This document shows, piece after piece, positions 26,478 through 38,918 of a stretch of 64,000 nucleotides of DNA; positions within the stretch are counted from its first letter, which is position 1, and every line of letters starts with the position of its first letter. Under the pieces are notes generated by a model. The model worked only from the letters and a program-made list of their open reading frames with translations, was not told where the DNA came from and did not search any database. The DNA comes from Chiloscyllium plagiosum (lineage: Eukaryota), in contig NC_057718.1 of assembly GCF_004010195.1 (NCBI RefSeq), positions 42,974,395-43,038,394 on the forward strand, written 5' to 3'. The position numbers and the translations under genes are program-made.

Positions 26478-26565
26478 ATCACCTGATGAAGCAGCAGTGC
26501 TCTGAAAGTCAGTACTTCCAAATAAACCTGTTGGACTATAACTTGGTGTTGTGTGATTTCTAACA
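26478..26565 (+). mobile_element. Penelope-like terminus with minimal hammerhead ribozyme core
   Basis: ctgatga-agcagcagtgctct-gaaa-gtcagtacttc followed by aataaacctgttggactataac. Confidence 0.65.
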
Positions 26566-28624
26566 GCATCTAGTCAGTAATATAGAAGTTCAAGATAGTA
26601 GCAACCATTTTACTTTCCACTGAGGCCATTATAATAGCAATACAATAGAAGGCAAAGGATTGTAAAAACTGCGTATTAATCAGTACGCTTACAGACAGAA
26701 TTATGATGTTGGAGATCAAGGTACAAGAATTTACAAGGGCAAACAGAAACAAAGGGATTTTCAAGGGCAAGTAATTAGTATTAGAGTTAGAGAGTAAGTA
26801 ATCTGAGCTAAGTGATATGACCAAGCTAGGGATCTGGATCTGGTGCAAAGTGCAACCATGAACAGGGTTGCCATGACAAGGGAAATAAAGCCATTTTAAT
26901 GAGAATAGTAGATGGATTAAGCCTGTAAACCTAATTAACACAGGAAGGAAATATGTAAGGGCCTTGTAATAAACAACATAGCTGAGGATTGTCTAAAACC
27001 TCATAAATCGAAGATGTAAAATAAGATTATTTAATACATTTTAGGAAAAGATAGGGGATCCCCCAGAATTTAGAATACAAGTGGATGGTAGCATCCAGCT
27101 TCATAAATATTTGGGGTCATTAAGAGTAACCTGTATAGGTACAGGCAAGGTCAAATAGGAACAAAGAAACCTGTGGCAAATATTGACTGAACAATTGAAA
27201 AGCATTTAAACCAGAAAACTCTCGCAGCTTGGAGTCAGAGCTGGTAAATATAATGCTTGGCTCCTTCTTGATTCAGTGTCAAAGAAACCAGGAGAGGCAA
27301 TGCTTTTCTTAATCTGATATTTGCTAGTGACACAACAAGTGTAAATATAATGCTCATCATCATTATAGCCTTGAAGGGAAGTAACCGTACAATAATAACA
27401 TTTAGTATGTTCTGGGGTTTAAATCTTACATGATGAAATCCATTGCATCTCATTCTAAAATATCTACATTTGTTGAAATGAAGGAGCTGGTAAAACAAAT
27501 ACATTGGGGGTGATCATTTCACAACAGGTCTATAATGGAACATCTTTACAGGGAAAGCACTGGACTTTTTAAAATAAATACATTCTCAAAATCGACGAGC
27601 TCAGTCTAAACAAAGGTGATGCATCAATGAATCAAATAGAAGATTCGAAGGAAAAATAACGTCACGTATAAATTCTGATAGGAGAAAGGAAGAATAGAAG
27701 AAATTTGCAGAAACGTGTTAAAATGGTGATTAAGGAAAAGAGAGGCATGGTAAAATGTTGAGGTAAAGAAAATAATGGCATAACAGTTAAATCATACAGC
27801 AAGACAACAGACAAGAAATGAAAGACATGAAGATTGTAAATGAGCTTGCAGCTGAGGTGGAGAGTGTTTCTCCTCCAATAGTTTATGTGGATACATATGA
27901 GCAATGTATCCTCTCCAAACAAAGATATCCCAAGTAACGTCAATGACCTTGATATTAACAGTAGTGGGTTTCCTAGGTGCTGAGTGTTGCAGGAGCTGGT
28001 GTTAGCAAAGCTTTGGCGAGAAGCCAGGTTTTTCCCACAGGCTGAGGAGATTTGACTCTACAATATATACCATTTGTGCTTGACAGGTTGCCTATCTAGA
28101 TATTATCTTGACTGTCAAGCTTGGACTCAAGTCAGGCCATAAGACGCTGATGTAGGCCATTGGAACAGTTAGGTCATATTCAACACCTGAGAAGGTTGGA
28201 AGCCTGGGAGTTTGGGGTGAGGCAGGAAGTTTATGAAATTGTCAGGCTCTTCCAATGGGTGAGGTTTAGACCTGATGGAGTAGGAACTTGGAAGGCTGGT
28301 GGGAAGCCATCATGCTATCCTTAGCCCAAAAGCACTGCCATTCAGTTTCTCTAAAGTTATCCTCAACTATCATCAGCTATCAGCTTTCGTGAGGCCTTGG
28401 AAATGCAGATGGCCATTAGAAAATAAGTTAAGACCAGGGGCAGTCCAGCCTCATCAAAATATATAAATTACAAATTCACCTTTTGGGAGTGTCCCTTTTT
28501 CCACTTTAATACTATCATCACTGAACCTGGAAGTCAGCAGATATTTAATATTAACATCTAATCTGATCACATTATTAGATGTTAATGTTAAGCTCCATGG
28601 CTTTGTTACAAATTTATTGGGACA

Positions 28625-28925
28625 CAGTCAAATCAGGCTTCGAGTCAGAAATATGAGCTTTAGGTTTTTCAATATGGAGAAATCTAAAAGGCAGTCTTAT
28701 AAGAATATTAAAAGGTTTGAAAAAGTTAAACTGAACATTACTTTAAATGAAAATGGAACTGAGAAACACAAGTTCGAATTAAAACTTTGTCCTTTTAGGA
28801 AAGATAACAGGAACTGTTTCTTAAAGCAAACCGTGGTTACCCTGTAGAATATGCTTTCAGATGAAGTTGCACTGGCAGAAACCTAAAGTAATTTTTGAAT
28901 CAATTGAGTGGACAGGGAGAGGGCA
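28625..28925 (+). mobile_element. Very old CR1 3' remnant
   Basis: Decayed pattern of ..tataagaatattaaaaggtttga..ttaggaaagataacaggaactgtttctt.. Confidence 0.4.
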
Positions 28926-31900
28926 TTATTATCTCTCTTGAAAAATAACTCAAATCATCCTTTACACTCTAGTGAAGTGTTTCAAATGCAATAGTTCTTT
29001 TTTCTACATTTACCTTGTTTTCTAAATTGAGGTGGTTTCTCTAAGTAAACAACATTAATGAAATGAAGAAAAGCCTCACCATTGATGCTATCTCTAATGG
29101 ATTTGTGCATGGGGCAGCAATGCAGACTGACCCTCAGAGAAAGGTCTCTAGAGCCAATTCCCTCCTCACACCAATGGCAAGATTTACCCTCACTGAACTC
29201 TATATACTGCACTATTGAGAACTTTCCCATCAATTTTCTTTCTCCCATGTCAAGTTGTAGTTGTCCACATTCTGCACATCAGTACACTGTAAATCGCAGT
29301 AAAAGGGCTGAGTATGCATTAGTAGACTGCAAATATGATCCCTACAAGGCTGTGTAAATGGGGTATAAATTTAAACATCAAAAAGCACAAATTGTCTTTT
29401 ACAAGAAGGTGTTAATGTGAAAAAAGATTAGAATTCTAATACGCACTGCTGCCTTTATGTGAAATTAGGCAATGGATTGACAATATGCAGCATGCTTGTC
29501 AGTGAAAACATAAATAATTGGGAAAGTTTTATGCTTCAATCAGAATTACGATTTAAGTGTTATGCTTGGATCAGGAATTCTAAATAATGAGAATGAACTG
29601 GAAGTGATTTGGTATGCTGGAATTCTATGCTTGGATCAGGTATGCACTGAACTGGAATTGACTGTACCTAAAAGCAGCATTTCTCTTTTTATTACTGTTA
29701 TTTTGTATAATTTCTCTGGTAACAAGTGTCTAGCTGCCTAGTTGATTTCTGTGTGCCAACATGGTTTGTTTCCTCGCTGATCAGCATCATCATCTTGTGA
29801 ATAGAATAATATGATTTTTCCCGATTTATTTACGAGACTGTTTTAAATACATTACTTCATTTCAATATCTTTTAATAAAGCAATATATGCTACATTGCAA
29901 TTGCTTTTGGTTTCTAGTAGCATCAAGTGTTTAAGAAATTTGTTGTGCAAGTGTCTTGGCTTGATGATTTTGCCCTACTTAAAACGCACACTGAAATGAG
30001 TTTGATACATTGTAATGTGACTATTTACTTATCTCCCTTCAAATCCTTTTGCATATCTGTGCTTTCATATTTGCTGCAGTCCGTCCAAGAAGTGTAGCCT
30101 TTCTATCCTGTAATTTATTGTTCAAAATTGATTTCTACATTTTCAAAAATTGCTTCTGGTATCATTTTTATGTATACTTATTTAAATGTACAACGTTTTA
30201 ATTCAGCAGTTTAAACAGTGAAGATTGCCTGCATGCAATAGAGAGATGAAAATTCAAATTAAGTTGAGTTCAGTCATATACTGGAAACATGAGAAGAATT
30301 GGGATAATCTGCATTACATATTGATGGCTATCAGCACAAAGACTGTAACCATGTTTTATTCTACAGCTCTTTTGTAGGTTTGGCAGCCATGGTGCACAAT
30401 AAAGGCATTATTGTATTAATTTATGCCTTTAAATCAATTATGCATTCAGATTCACTGGATAGCTTGTCACTTTTTATCCATTATTTTCTGAAAAATAAGC
30501 CTATTACAGTAACTGTGCAAATGGTGGGACTGTCAAATACGGAGATTTAAGGAATATTACTTTAAAAGGGGTGGTTTTCAGGATGTCATTGCTGTCTTAA
30601 TTTTAGAGTATGTGACAGATATCAGAGATAGATGTCAGATTAAGGACTTTCTCAGAAAAGGGGTTGAAGCATTTTCAATGCACACCTCTTGTTCCAACAT
30701 CCTAATCATAAGAACCACGATGCAAATATGCTATTTATGGCCCAGAAATGTTAGACTTCTGAAAACTGGCTTCAGAGGAAACTAAATTGGTTGAACCCAC
30801 TCACACCTAAATCACACACTAGTTTTGATCATTCTCTTTTAACATGCAACATTGTGTTCCCACATTAAACACTCTGGATTCCAAACAAGGCAATTAATTT
30901 AGGGATTGAGTGGTTTGGACTGGCTCCACAGACCAGCTCATACACTGACTGGCAGCTCCATTAAAATGCCTGCTTTAGAACAGCTGTTTGTACTCCCATG
31001 TTTACAATCATAAAGAAAGGTTACTGCCACCATATATTACAAAGTACCAAAATACAATGACATCCTAAATCCTTACTCCAAATAACATTTGCATGTGAGT
31101 TGATAAACATATCTTAATTTTTGATTGATGATTATTTAATGATGATCAAATTACATGACTTCCCCTTTCTTTCACTTCTGATAATTATGAGACCTTTCAA
31201 AAAAGTTGAATGATGTAGAACAGATAAGAGTGGGCAGCTGAAATAGCTTAAACTAATGGGAAATATCACAATAATTTCCTAAACATAGTTGCATAGAAAA
31301 TAAAATCCAGAATATTAAGTATGATCACAGCTAATAATATTACCAACAGGATGTACAGTCAGTTCCTGTTAACTGAATACCTGACTTCTTACAAAATTGA
31401 ATTCTGTTTATCATGAATTCACAGTGAATTATTTTGTAAACTACTTGGAGCAGAATTTATGACAATATCACAATGAAAGAGCTTTCAAAAGGCAAAGTAC
31501 TTTGTGCTGTTATTAACTTTCTTTTGCAATGCATTTAAATTGATTTTCCTCCTGAACTTTAACACTTGCACTGCCATACATTGTCGACTGTCAAGTGCTT
31601 TGTCAAGAAATCAGCTTCAGGACCTCTCCCAGTTTTAAGGTGGTAATTCTGAGATGCATGGGAGTAATGAAGGGTGACTCTTTTATTTCTCCTTCACTTC
31701 CTTTGTGGAAGTAGCTAATCCTCCCTGATGACAAGATTGGAAAGTAAGACTTGCTATGTGAAAAATTGCAGATTTGAACCAATATCCAATCACCTTGTGA
31801 TTCACCAACTATCCATTACTGCAACGAATTATTGTAAGATCTTTAACTTGTTTTCATTTGACAGATTGTTGAAATGACACAAATGATTTCTGCAAGGTGT

Positions 31901-34680
31901 TTGCATATATGCTGGATTGAATCCTGGCAGGAGAAAAAACATGTTTTATGTAACAGGAGTCACGGAGATGATGGGAGCAGTTAAAAAGTGGTTTGATGTT
32001 TCCGATTTTTTTTGTTAGCAATTAAGAAATATCAATTTATCAAGAATTTGTTTAAATGCATTCAGAAATTTACAATAGCCATCAGTTCTCAGTTCAATAG
32101 TCATTAGTACTTTGTTTTGCAAAGCATGTTAATGTTAAAACAAATACTAGAGAATGTTTCTTTTTGAATGTCAGGCTAAATTTCTGGCCTAGTACACAAC
32201 ATAGCTTTCCTAGATTATAAAGTATTGGAGCAAGAAAAGCAACAATTAACCTTAAGTCCATTCCCAAGTCTACCATCACCATTCTTGGGGAACTAGGCAA
32301 CAAGGATAGTCTGACTTGAAACATCGTTCATGACTTGATTGAGGAACTTTGCACACCTGCAATTACTGGACATGAGGAATGTATACCTATTCCTCAATAT
32401 TTTGCCATGAGGAATGTAAATACCACCCCATTGGGCTATGAGGGAAAAAAGATACCTTCCCAGCATTGGACCAGTAGGAAACAGATCCATTCCAATCACT
32501 GAACTGTCTGGGAAGAAATAAAGCCCCTCCCCAACCAGCCCACCACCACTAGACCATGGAGAATGTCAACATATCCTCCAACCCTTTTCTGAAACAAAAA
32601 ATACAATGCCTTTTCATTAGATTATCAAGAAACTCAATCACCAAGAAAAAGCTGCCAACATAAAATATTCAAATTTTCACGGACTAATATGAAGGCACAA
32701 ATTTAAAGCTACAACCTGAGATTTGGTCAGAATTTGCATGTTATATGCTGGAGCTAAACATTTATTTAGCCACGTATCTTGTCAATGGTACTTAAAGGGT
32801 TAATGCTAAAGACTGCCTTGAACTTCACCCAATTTCCCCAATAAGGACTTTGGTGGGAAAAGGTAAAATAACACTGGATCTTAAAGGAAACAGACTCATC
32901 ATTTAGGTCTCCTCACATAACAATGTCTATCATATCACTGTATCTTTCATATGATTGCTCTCACGCAATAGATTACATCTTGTTTAAGACTAGCTAGTGG
33001 TTTTCCTCTATATCACTAAACCAAGCAAGCCCTGGAGATCACATACTAAGAGGAGCTTGGTGGTAGTAAATCCACATTATGGTGAAAAGAGTCTTGCTAG
33101 CTCATACAAAATGATATCAGTAATGGTTGTCTGAGGACTTACTTCAACTGCACCATTGCAACAATTTTAAGAGACCCACACAAATCCAACTCACTGCTTA
33201 CTCTGCACATAATATAAAACAGAACAAAAAGAGGAATTGAAGAAAGAGTATATATTATAATATTGATGTGGAAGTAGACTGTAGACCATCAATTAACCAG
33301 AAGAACATCTACAATGGCCTTGACATGTGTTAAATTTCATTGCAAACAAATTAATTTGCAAGGTGTGTCATCAAACTAATGTCCAAGGAAACTTTTTGCA
33401 GTGCTGATTGTGTCTACCACATTTAAATTCATACAAGCTCAGCAAGTTAAAACAATGGGCTAATCCACAGATGCATAGCCTAGTCATGGCAAGCATATCA
33501 TGCACTCCCTATATTGAAGCCTTGGATGGCCCCTCCACAGCACATTTCCATGTAAATCAAGTTCTTGAACCACAAACTTCCAGGCAGAGGATATCACTTG
33601 ATCCTTAGGGTTTCAGCTCCAGACAACTGGACGATGCTTCAAGGCCATGTTGGGGAATCCATGAGATTGTGCTAAAAGAGAACAAGAGGACATTCTTTAA
33701 ACAGAATAGTATTTTCAGCATCCTACCATGCAGCAGCATTGGTCAAAACAACACAGAGAGGACTTCGTCATGAATGTTGTTCATTGGAGTGGAATTGTAT
33801 AAAGTCATTTTTCATTGACTGTAAATGTTCAGATGATGCCCAGGCTAGCATTACCTGATAATCTTTACAGCAAATGTAGCTTAACACTTTCATCTTTTTA
33901 TGGGGTTCAAGCTATTTATTAAAAGTTAAGGTTACAAATGGAAAGAAGACTTCACACATCCAATGCTCCCTCATTCAATCGTAGCAAAGTTTCATGCTAG
34001 CATAGGAACTATAGAAAGGATATCTATAACTCAGACAGGATTAGAACATCATGGGGTGCTAAAGATGGCTAGCCTCTCTACTTTCATCTTGTAGTTGCAG
34101 CTAAAATCACATTCACTCACAGAGCTAATGATGAAAAGTGAACATATCTTTAAAAATATGATCATGTATCTGTAATGCAGTGGCATCCATTCTATCTATG
34201 TGCCCTCAGGTCTTCTTCATCGTTTCCCTCCCACTATGTCTACATGTAGTCTTGATATCAACAGCTAAATGAAGAGAACATGCATTATAGCTTGGATCCT
34301 GGTTTATAATGGAGCCTGTTTGCTTTGATATTTTAGTTTATAGCTCATGGCCCCAATTACTCTGAGTATGTCTGCCCATATGTGTGGTTATCCTCCTCAG
34401 TTTGAACTCCCGGTGCGGCAAGCTGGGTCGAAGTGGAGAGCCTGTGTACCTCTTGAACATCCTGAGGTGAAAGGTCAGTGGGAAGGGGGCAAGGGCCTGA
34501 ATGTGGTTCCTCCTCTGGCTGGATTTCTACTGGCACCACACTGTCACCCTGTGCAGGACAGCAGATGGACTGTGGTCATATCTCCTCATTCTCCTGTCAC
34601 TTGGCAGCTGATGCTCAGCATCACATCTGTGGTATATCTGGCAGGTGCTATGTGTTGAAATTGGCTCTATGAAATTGGCT

Positions 34681-34792
34681 TATGCCGAAACGTCGATTCT
34701 CCTGCTCCTTGGGTGCTGCCTGACCTGCTGCGCTTTTCCAGCAACACATTTTTTAGCTCTGATCTCCAGCATCTGTAGTCCTCACTTTCTCC
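34681..34792 (+). mobile_element. Young Penelope-like terminus
   Basis: gccgaaacgtcgattctcctgctcc..tgctgcctgacctgctgcgcttttccagcaacacattt..ctcactttctcc; near-identical inverted copies at 35674-35827. Confidence 0.85.
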
Positions 34793-35673
34793 TTCTAAAT
34801 CACAGACACCAACCTGCCCACAAAGGCTACCAAATGTTCACTTACCAAAGGTATCATAGAGTTGAAAGCATTAGTGGACACCTCCAACCTCAGTTTGGCC
34901 AGTCTCTCTGACAAAGCTGCCTGCTGCTCCTGTGTCCTGTGCATTTGGATAAAGTTCTGAATGGTCAATACCCTACCTGGGACTGAGCAGATGCCTGGCC
35001 TCTGTCAGGCCTCTGAATGTCAGTGTTTCTTCTTTGATGGGCTGTGGACATATGGCAGTGAAGTGCTCACCAGAATGTGCTCCTGGCTTTACTCTAGTTA
35101 ATATGCTCACCAAGGTTTTGAGTATCTCATTTGGTAGATAGTGCACGAGACAGCCTTGTGGGTACTTTCTCTGATGCATTCATAGTTTTTTTCCTCCAGC
35201 ATGGATTAGGAGATAATGTCCAGAAGTACTGATGTCTTCAGGGTGGAGCCTGTACAGATACTACTGGTGAGGAGAGAAGAGAGAGAATGAGTTGCAAATA
35301 GGGGTAGAAGTTTTGGCTATCGAGAATACATTCTCGGTAGCAGTAATGGGCATGCAGCGCAATAATTAACAATGCATTTTATTTGGGTAGAGGGATATGG
35401 GTACTTCAGCATCACTATATGAGCAGTCATGACAAGGATCCTCTCTCTGTAGGCAATGAAGAGAAGGATGTCAGGAATCCCATCACCTACCTTTGCTCTT
35501 GTCCACCCTATTATGGGATTATTTAGCCTCAAAGCGATAAAAGGATGGATTGGGTGAGGCTGATGTATCTTTTAATGAGGAAGAAGTAGTGAAATAACTC
35601 CAATAAATAAAAAGCACAGAGGACATGTAGGACCAGTAGTGCAGGGGCTTTGCTGGGTGATGATGAGTGAGTA

Positions 35674-35844
35674 GGAGAAAGTGAAGACTGCAGATGCTGG
35701 AGATCAGAGCTTAAAAATGTGTTGCTGGAAAAGCGCAGCAGGTCAGGCAGCATCTGGAGAAAGTGAGGACTGCAGATGCTGGAGATCAGAGCTTAAAAAT
35801 GTGTTGCCGGAAAAGCACAGCAGGTCAAGATGCTGCCTGACCTG
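35674..35844 (-). mobile_element. Tandem Penelope-like termini (82-bp unit x2) plus 16-bp inverted piece
   Basis: Units at 35674-35755 and 35756-35827; gatgctgcctgacctg at 35829-35844 is inverted. Confidence 0.85.
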
Positions 35845-35852
35845 ATGGTGAG

Positions 35853-38663
35853 TTTTATTGCCATCTGCATTCAATATAAAACTCAGTAAAAAGTGTGTAC
35901 TATTGCTCATACCTAAGCACCATTCACAGAGTAAAATTTAAAAAAAACTTAAAGAGAGTCCAACTTTTCCTTCTCTGCTACTACAGCATACAACTGTCAG
36001 AGTCCCACTCCGGGCTACAGGAGCCCACTCAATGGCACAGAGAGAGTATCCCCCCACCGGGCTACATGAGCCCACTCCATGGCACAGAGAGAGTATCCCA
36101 CGCCAGGCTACATGAGCCCACTCCATGGCACAGAGATGGAGGGTCCCACCCAACGCTACACCAGCCCACTCCATGGCACAGAGAGACTGTCCCACTCCAG
36201 TCCACACCATGGCACAGAGACAGTGCCCCGCTCCAGGCTACACCAGCCCATTCCATGGCACAGAGAGAGTGTCCCGCTCCAGGCTACATCAGCCCATTCC
36301 ATGACACAGAGAAAGTGTCCTGCTCCAGGCTACACCAGCCCATTCCATGGCACAGAGAGAGTGTCCCACCCCAGGCTACACCAGCCCATTCCATGGCACA
36401 GAGAGAGTGCCCCGCTCCAGGCTACACCAGCCCACTCCATGGCACAGAGAGAGTGTCCCGCTCCAGGCTACACCAGCCCACTCCATGGCACAGAGAGACT
36501 GTCCCACTCCAGTCCACACCATGGCACAGAGAGAGTGCCCCACTCCAGACTACACGAGCGCATTCCATGGCACAGAGACAGTGCCCCGCTCCAGGCTACA
36601 CCAGCCCACTCAATGGCACAGAGAGAGTGCCCCGCTCCAGGCTACACCAGCCCATTCCATGGCACAGAGAGAGTGTCCTGCTCTAGGCTACACCAGCCCA
36701 CACCATGGCACAGAGAGAGTGCCACACTCCAGGCTACATCAGCCCACTCCATGGCACAGAGAGAGTGTCCCACCCCAGGCTACACCAGCCCATTCCATGG
36801 CACAGAGAGAGTGTCCCGCTCCAAGCTACACCAGCCCATTCCATGGCATAGAGAGAGTGTCCTGCTCTAGGCTACACCAGCCCACTCCATGGCACAGAGA
36901 GAGTGTCCCGCGCTAGGCTACACCAGCCCACTCCATGGCACAGAGAGAGTGTCCCACTCCAGGCTACACCAGCCCACTCAATGGCACAGAGAGAGTACCC
37001 ACCCCAGGCTACACCAGCTCACACCATGGCACAGAGAGAGTGCCCACTCTAGGCCACACCAGCCCACTCCATGGCACAGAGTGTCCCACTCCAGGCCACA
37101 CCAGCCCACCTCATGGCACAGAGAGAGTGTCCCGCTCCACGCTACACAAGCCCACTTCATGGCACAGAGAGAGTATCCCACCCCAGGCTACACCAGCTCA
37201 CTCCATGGCACTGAGAGGGTGTACCTCCCCAGGCTACACCAGCCCACTCCATGGCACAGAGAGAGTGTCCCACCCCAGCCCACACCATAGCACAGAGAGA
37301 GTATCCCACTCCCGGCTACACCAGCCCACACCATGGCACAGAGAGAGTATCCCACCCCAGGCTACACCAGCTCACACCATGGCACAGAGAGACTGTCCCA
37401 CCCCAGGTTACACCAGCCCACTCCATGACACAGAGAGAGTATCCTACCCCAGGCTACAGCATGCCACACCATGGCACAGAGAGAGTGTCCCACCCCAGGC
37501 CACATCATGGCACAGAGAGACTGTCCCGCTCCAGGCTACACCAGGCCACACCATGGCACAGAGAGACTGTACCGCTCCAGGCTACACCAGCTCACTCCAT
37601 GGCACAGAGAGACTGTCTCGCTCCAGGCTACACCAGCCCACACCATGACACAGAGAGAGTATCCCACCCCAGGTTACACCAGCCCACACCTTGGCACAGA
37701 GAGAGTGTCCTGCTCCAGGCTACACTAGCCCACACCATAGCACAGAGAGAGTGTTCCACCCCAGGTTACACCATGTCACAGGGAGAGTGTCCCACCCCAG
37801 ACCACACCATGTCACAGGGAGAGTGTCCCACCCCAGACCACACCATGGCACAGGGAGAGTGTCCCACCCCAGGCCACACCATGGCACAGAGAGACTGTCC
37901 CGCTCCAGGCTACACCAGCCCACACCATGGCACAGAGTGAGTATCCCACCCCAGGCTACAACAGGCCACACCATGGCACAGAGAGACTGTCCCACTCCAG
38001 GCTACACCAGCTCACTCCATGGCACAGAGAGACTGTCTCGCTCCAGGCTACACCAGCCCACTCCATGGCACAGAGAGAGTGTCCCACTCCAGGCTACACC
38101 AGCCCACTCCATGGCACAGAGAGAGTGTCCCACTCCAGGCTACACCAGCCCACTCCATGACACAGAGAGAGTGTCCCACTCCAGGCTACACCAGCCCACT
38201 CAATGGCACAGAGTGTCCCACCCCAGGTTACACCAGCCCACACCTTGGCAGAGAGAGAGTGTCCTGCTCCGGGCTACACCAGCCCACACCATGGCACAGA
38301 GAGAGTGTCCCACCCCAGGTTACACCAGCCCACTCCGTGGCACGGAGTGCTTTTCTTGTTCCGGGCTACACCAGCCCACACCATGCAACCATCAGGAGCC
38401 TATTCCACATGGAATTAAGCGTCTCGTCCAGGCCTCACAGGTCGACTGACCATACCTGCTGTCATGCCCCATCTGAAAACCCCACTGCCACTCTGGAGCC
38501 CATCAAAACCACCTCTCTGCTGAAAAGCTCTCTCTATCAGGTAAGTTTGAGGAAAAAGAAAAAAGGGGCAGAAGGAAAAAAGAAAAAAAAGAAAAATAAA
38601 GACGAGGAGGACAAACCCAGGCACAGGAGCCTGAATGCTCCCTACTCCACCGTCACCATCTTG
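35853..38663 (-). mobile_element. Probable non-autonomous retroelement hosting the minisatellite
   Basis: Minus-strand 5' caagatggtgacggtggagtagggagcattcaggctcctg then a pyrimidine tract; 3' ..atggtgc..cactttttactg..gatggcaataaaa; both ends parallel the 6106-6710 element. Confidence 0.55.
36000..38386. repeat. Minisatellite, 46-bp unit (ccatggcacagagagagtgtcccgctccaggctacaccagcccact) with interspersed 36-bp and other deletion variants, roughly 50-55 units
   Basis: Period measured directly (36253 to 36299 = 46 bp; 36171 to 36207 = 36 bp). Confidence 0.97.
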
Positions 38664-38769
38664 TTGCATTCAGTAAGGAGCAATCTTGATTTTGAACCTT
38701 GGTAGGAGGTGGATGCAGAAGCAGAGTCTGAGGCAATAACCAGAAGATTGTGACATGGACCTTTGTGGA

Positions 38770-38918
38770 GTGCAGAAAGTGATTAACATCTTCCTAAACT
38801 GCTGAGCATTCCTCCAGACAGCGGATACCAAATTGACTTGGATGACTACTCTGGACCAGGTTCTCCTTGTCCACCAGGATCTCCACATCTCTGTCTGTGA
38901 AGTGGGGAGCCAACCTGG
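38770..38918 (-). pseudogene. Harbinger-associated Myb/SANT-like protein remnant
   Basis: Frames give LAPHFTDRDVEILVDK and VSAVWRNAQQFRK, matching the Myb/SANT AP.F....LE.L..W.....QC.KK pattern. Confidence 0.6.

Noticed and set aside
26867..26880. X-box-like GTTGCCATGACAAG
   Set aside because: Terminal mismatch, and lies within probable decayed LINE sequence
36000..38386. CRISPR-like array
   Set aside because: No unique spacers, no cas genes, vertebrate context
35895..38705. Long overlapping ORFs (up to 263 aa) with 46-aa repeats and a Lys-rich end
   Set aside because: All three plus frames give the same peptide because a stop-free 46-bp unit cycles frames; the Lys run is the complement of a pyrimidine tract; no evidence of a gene
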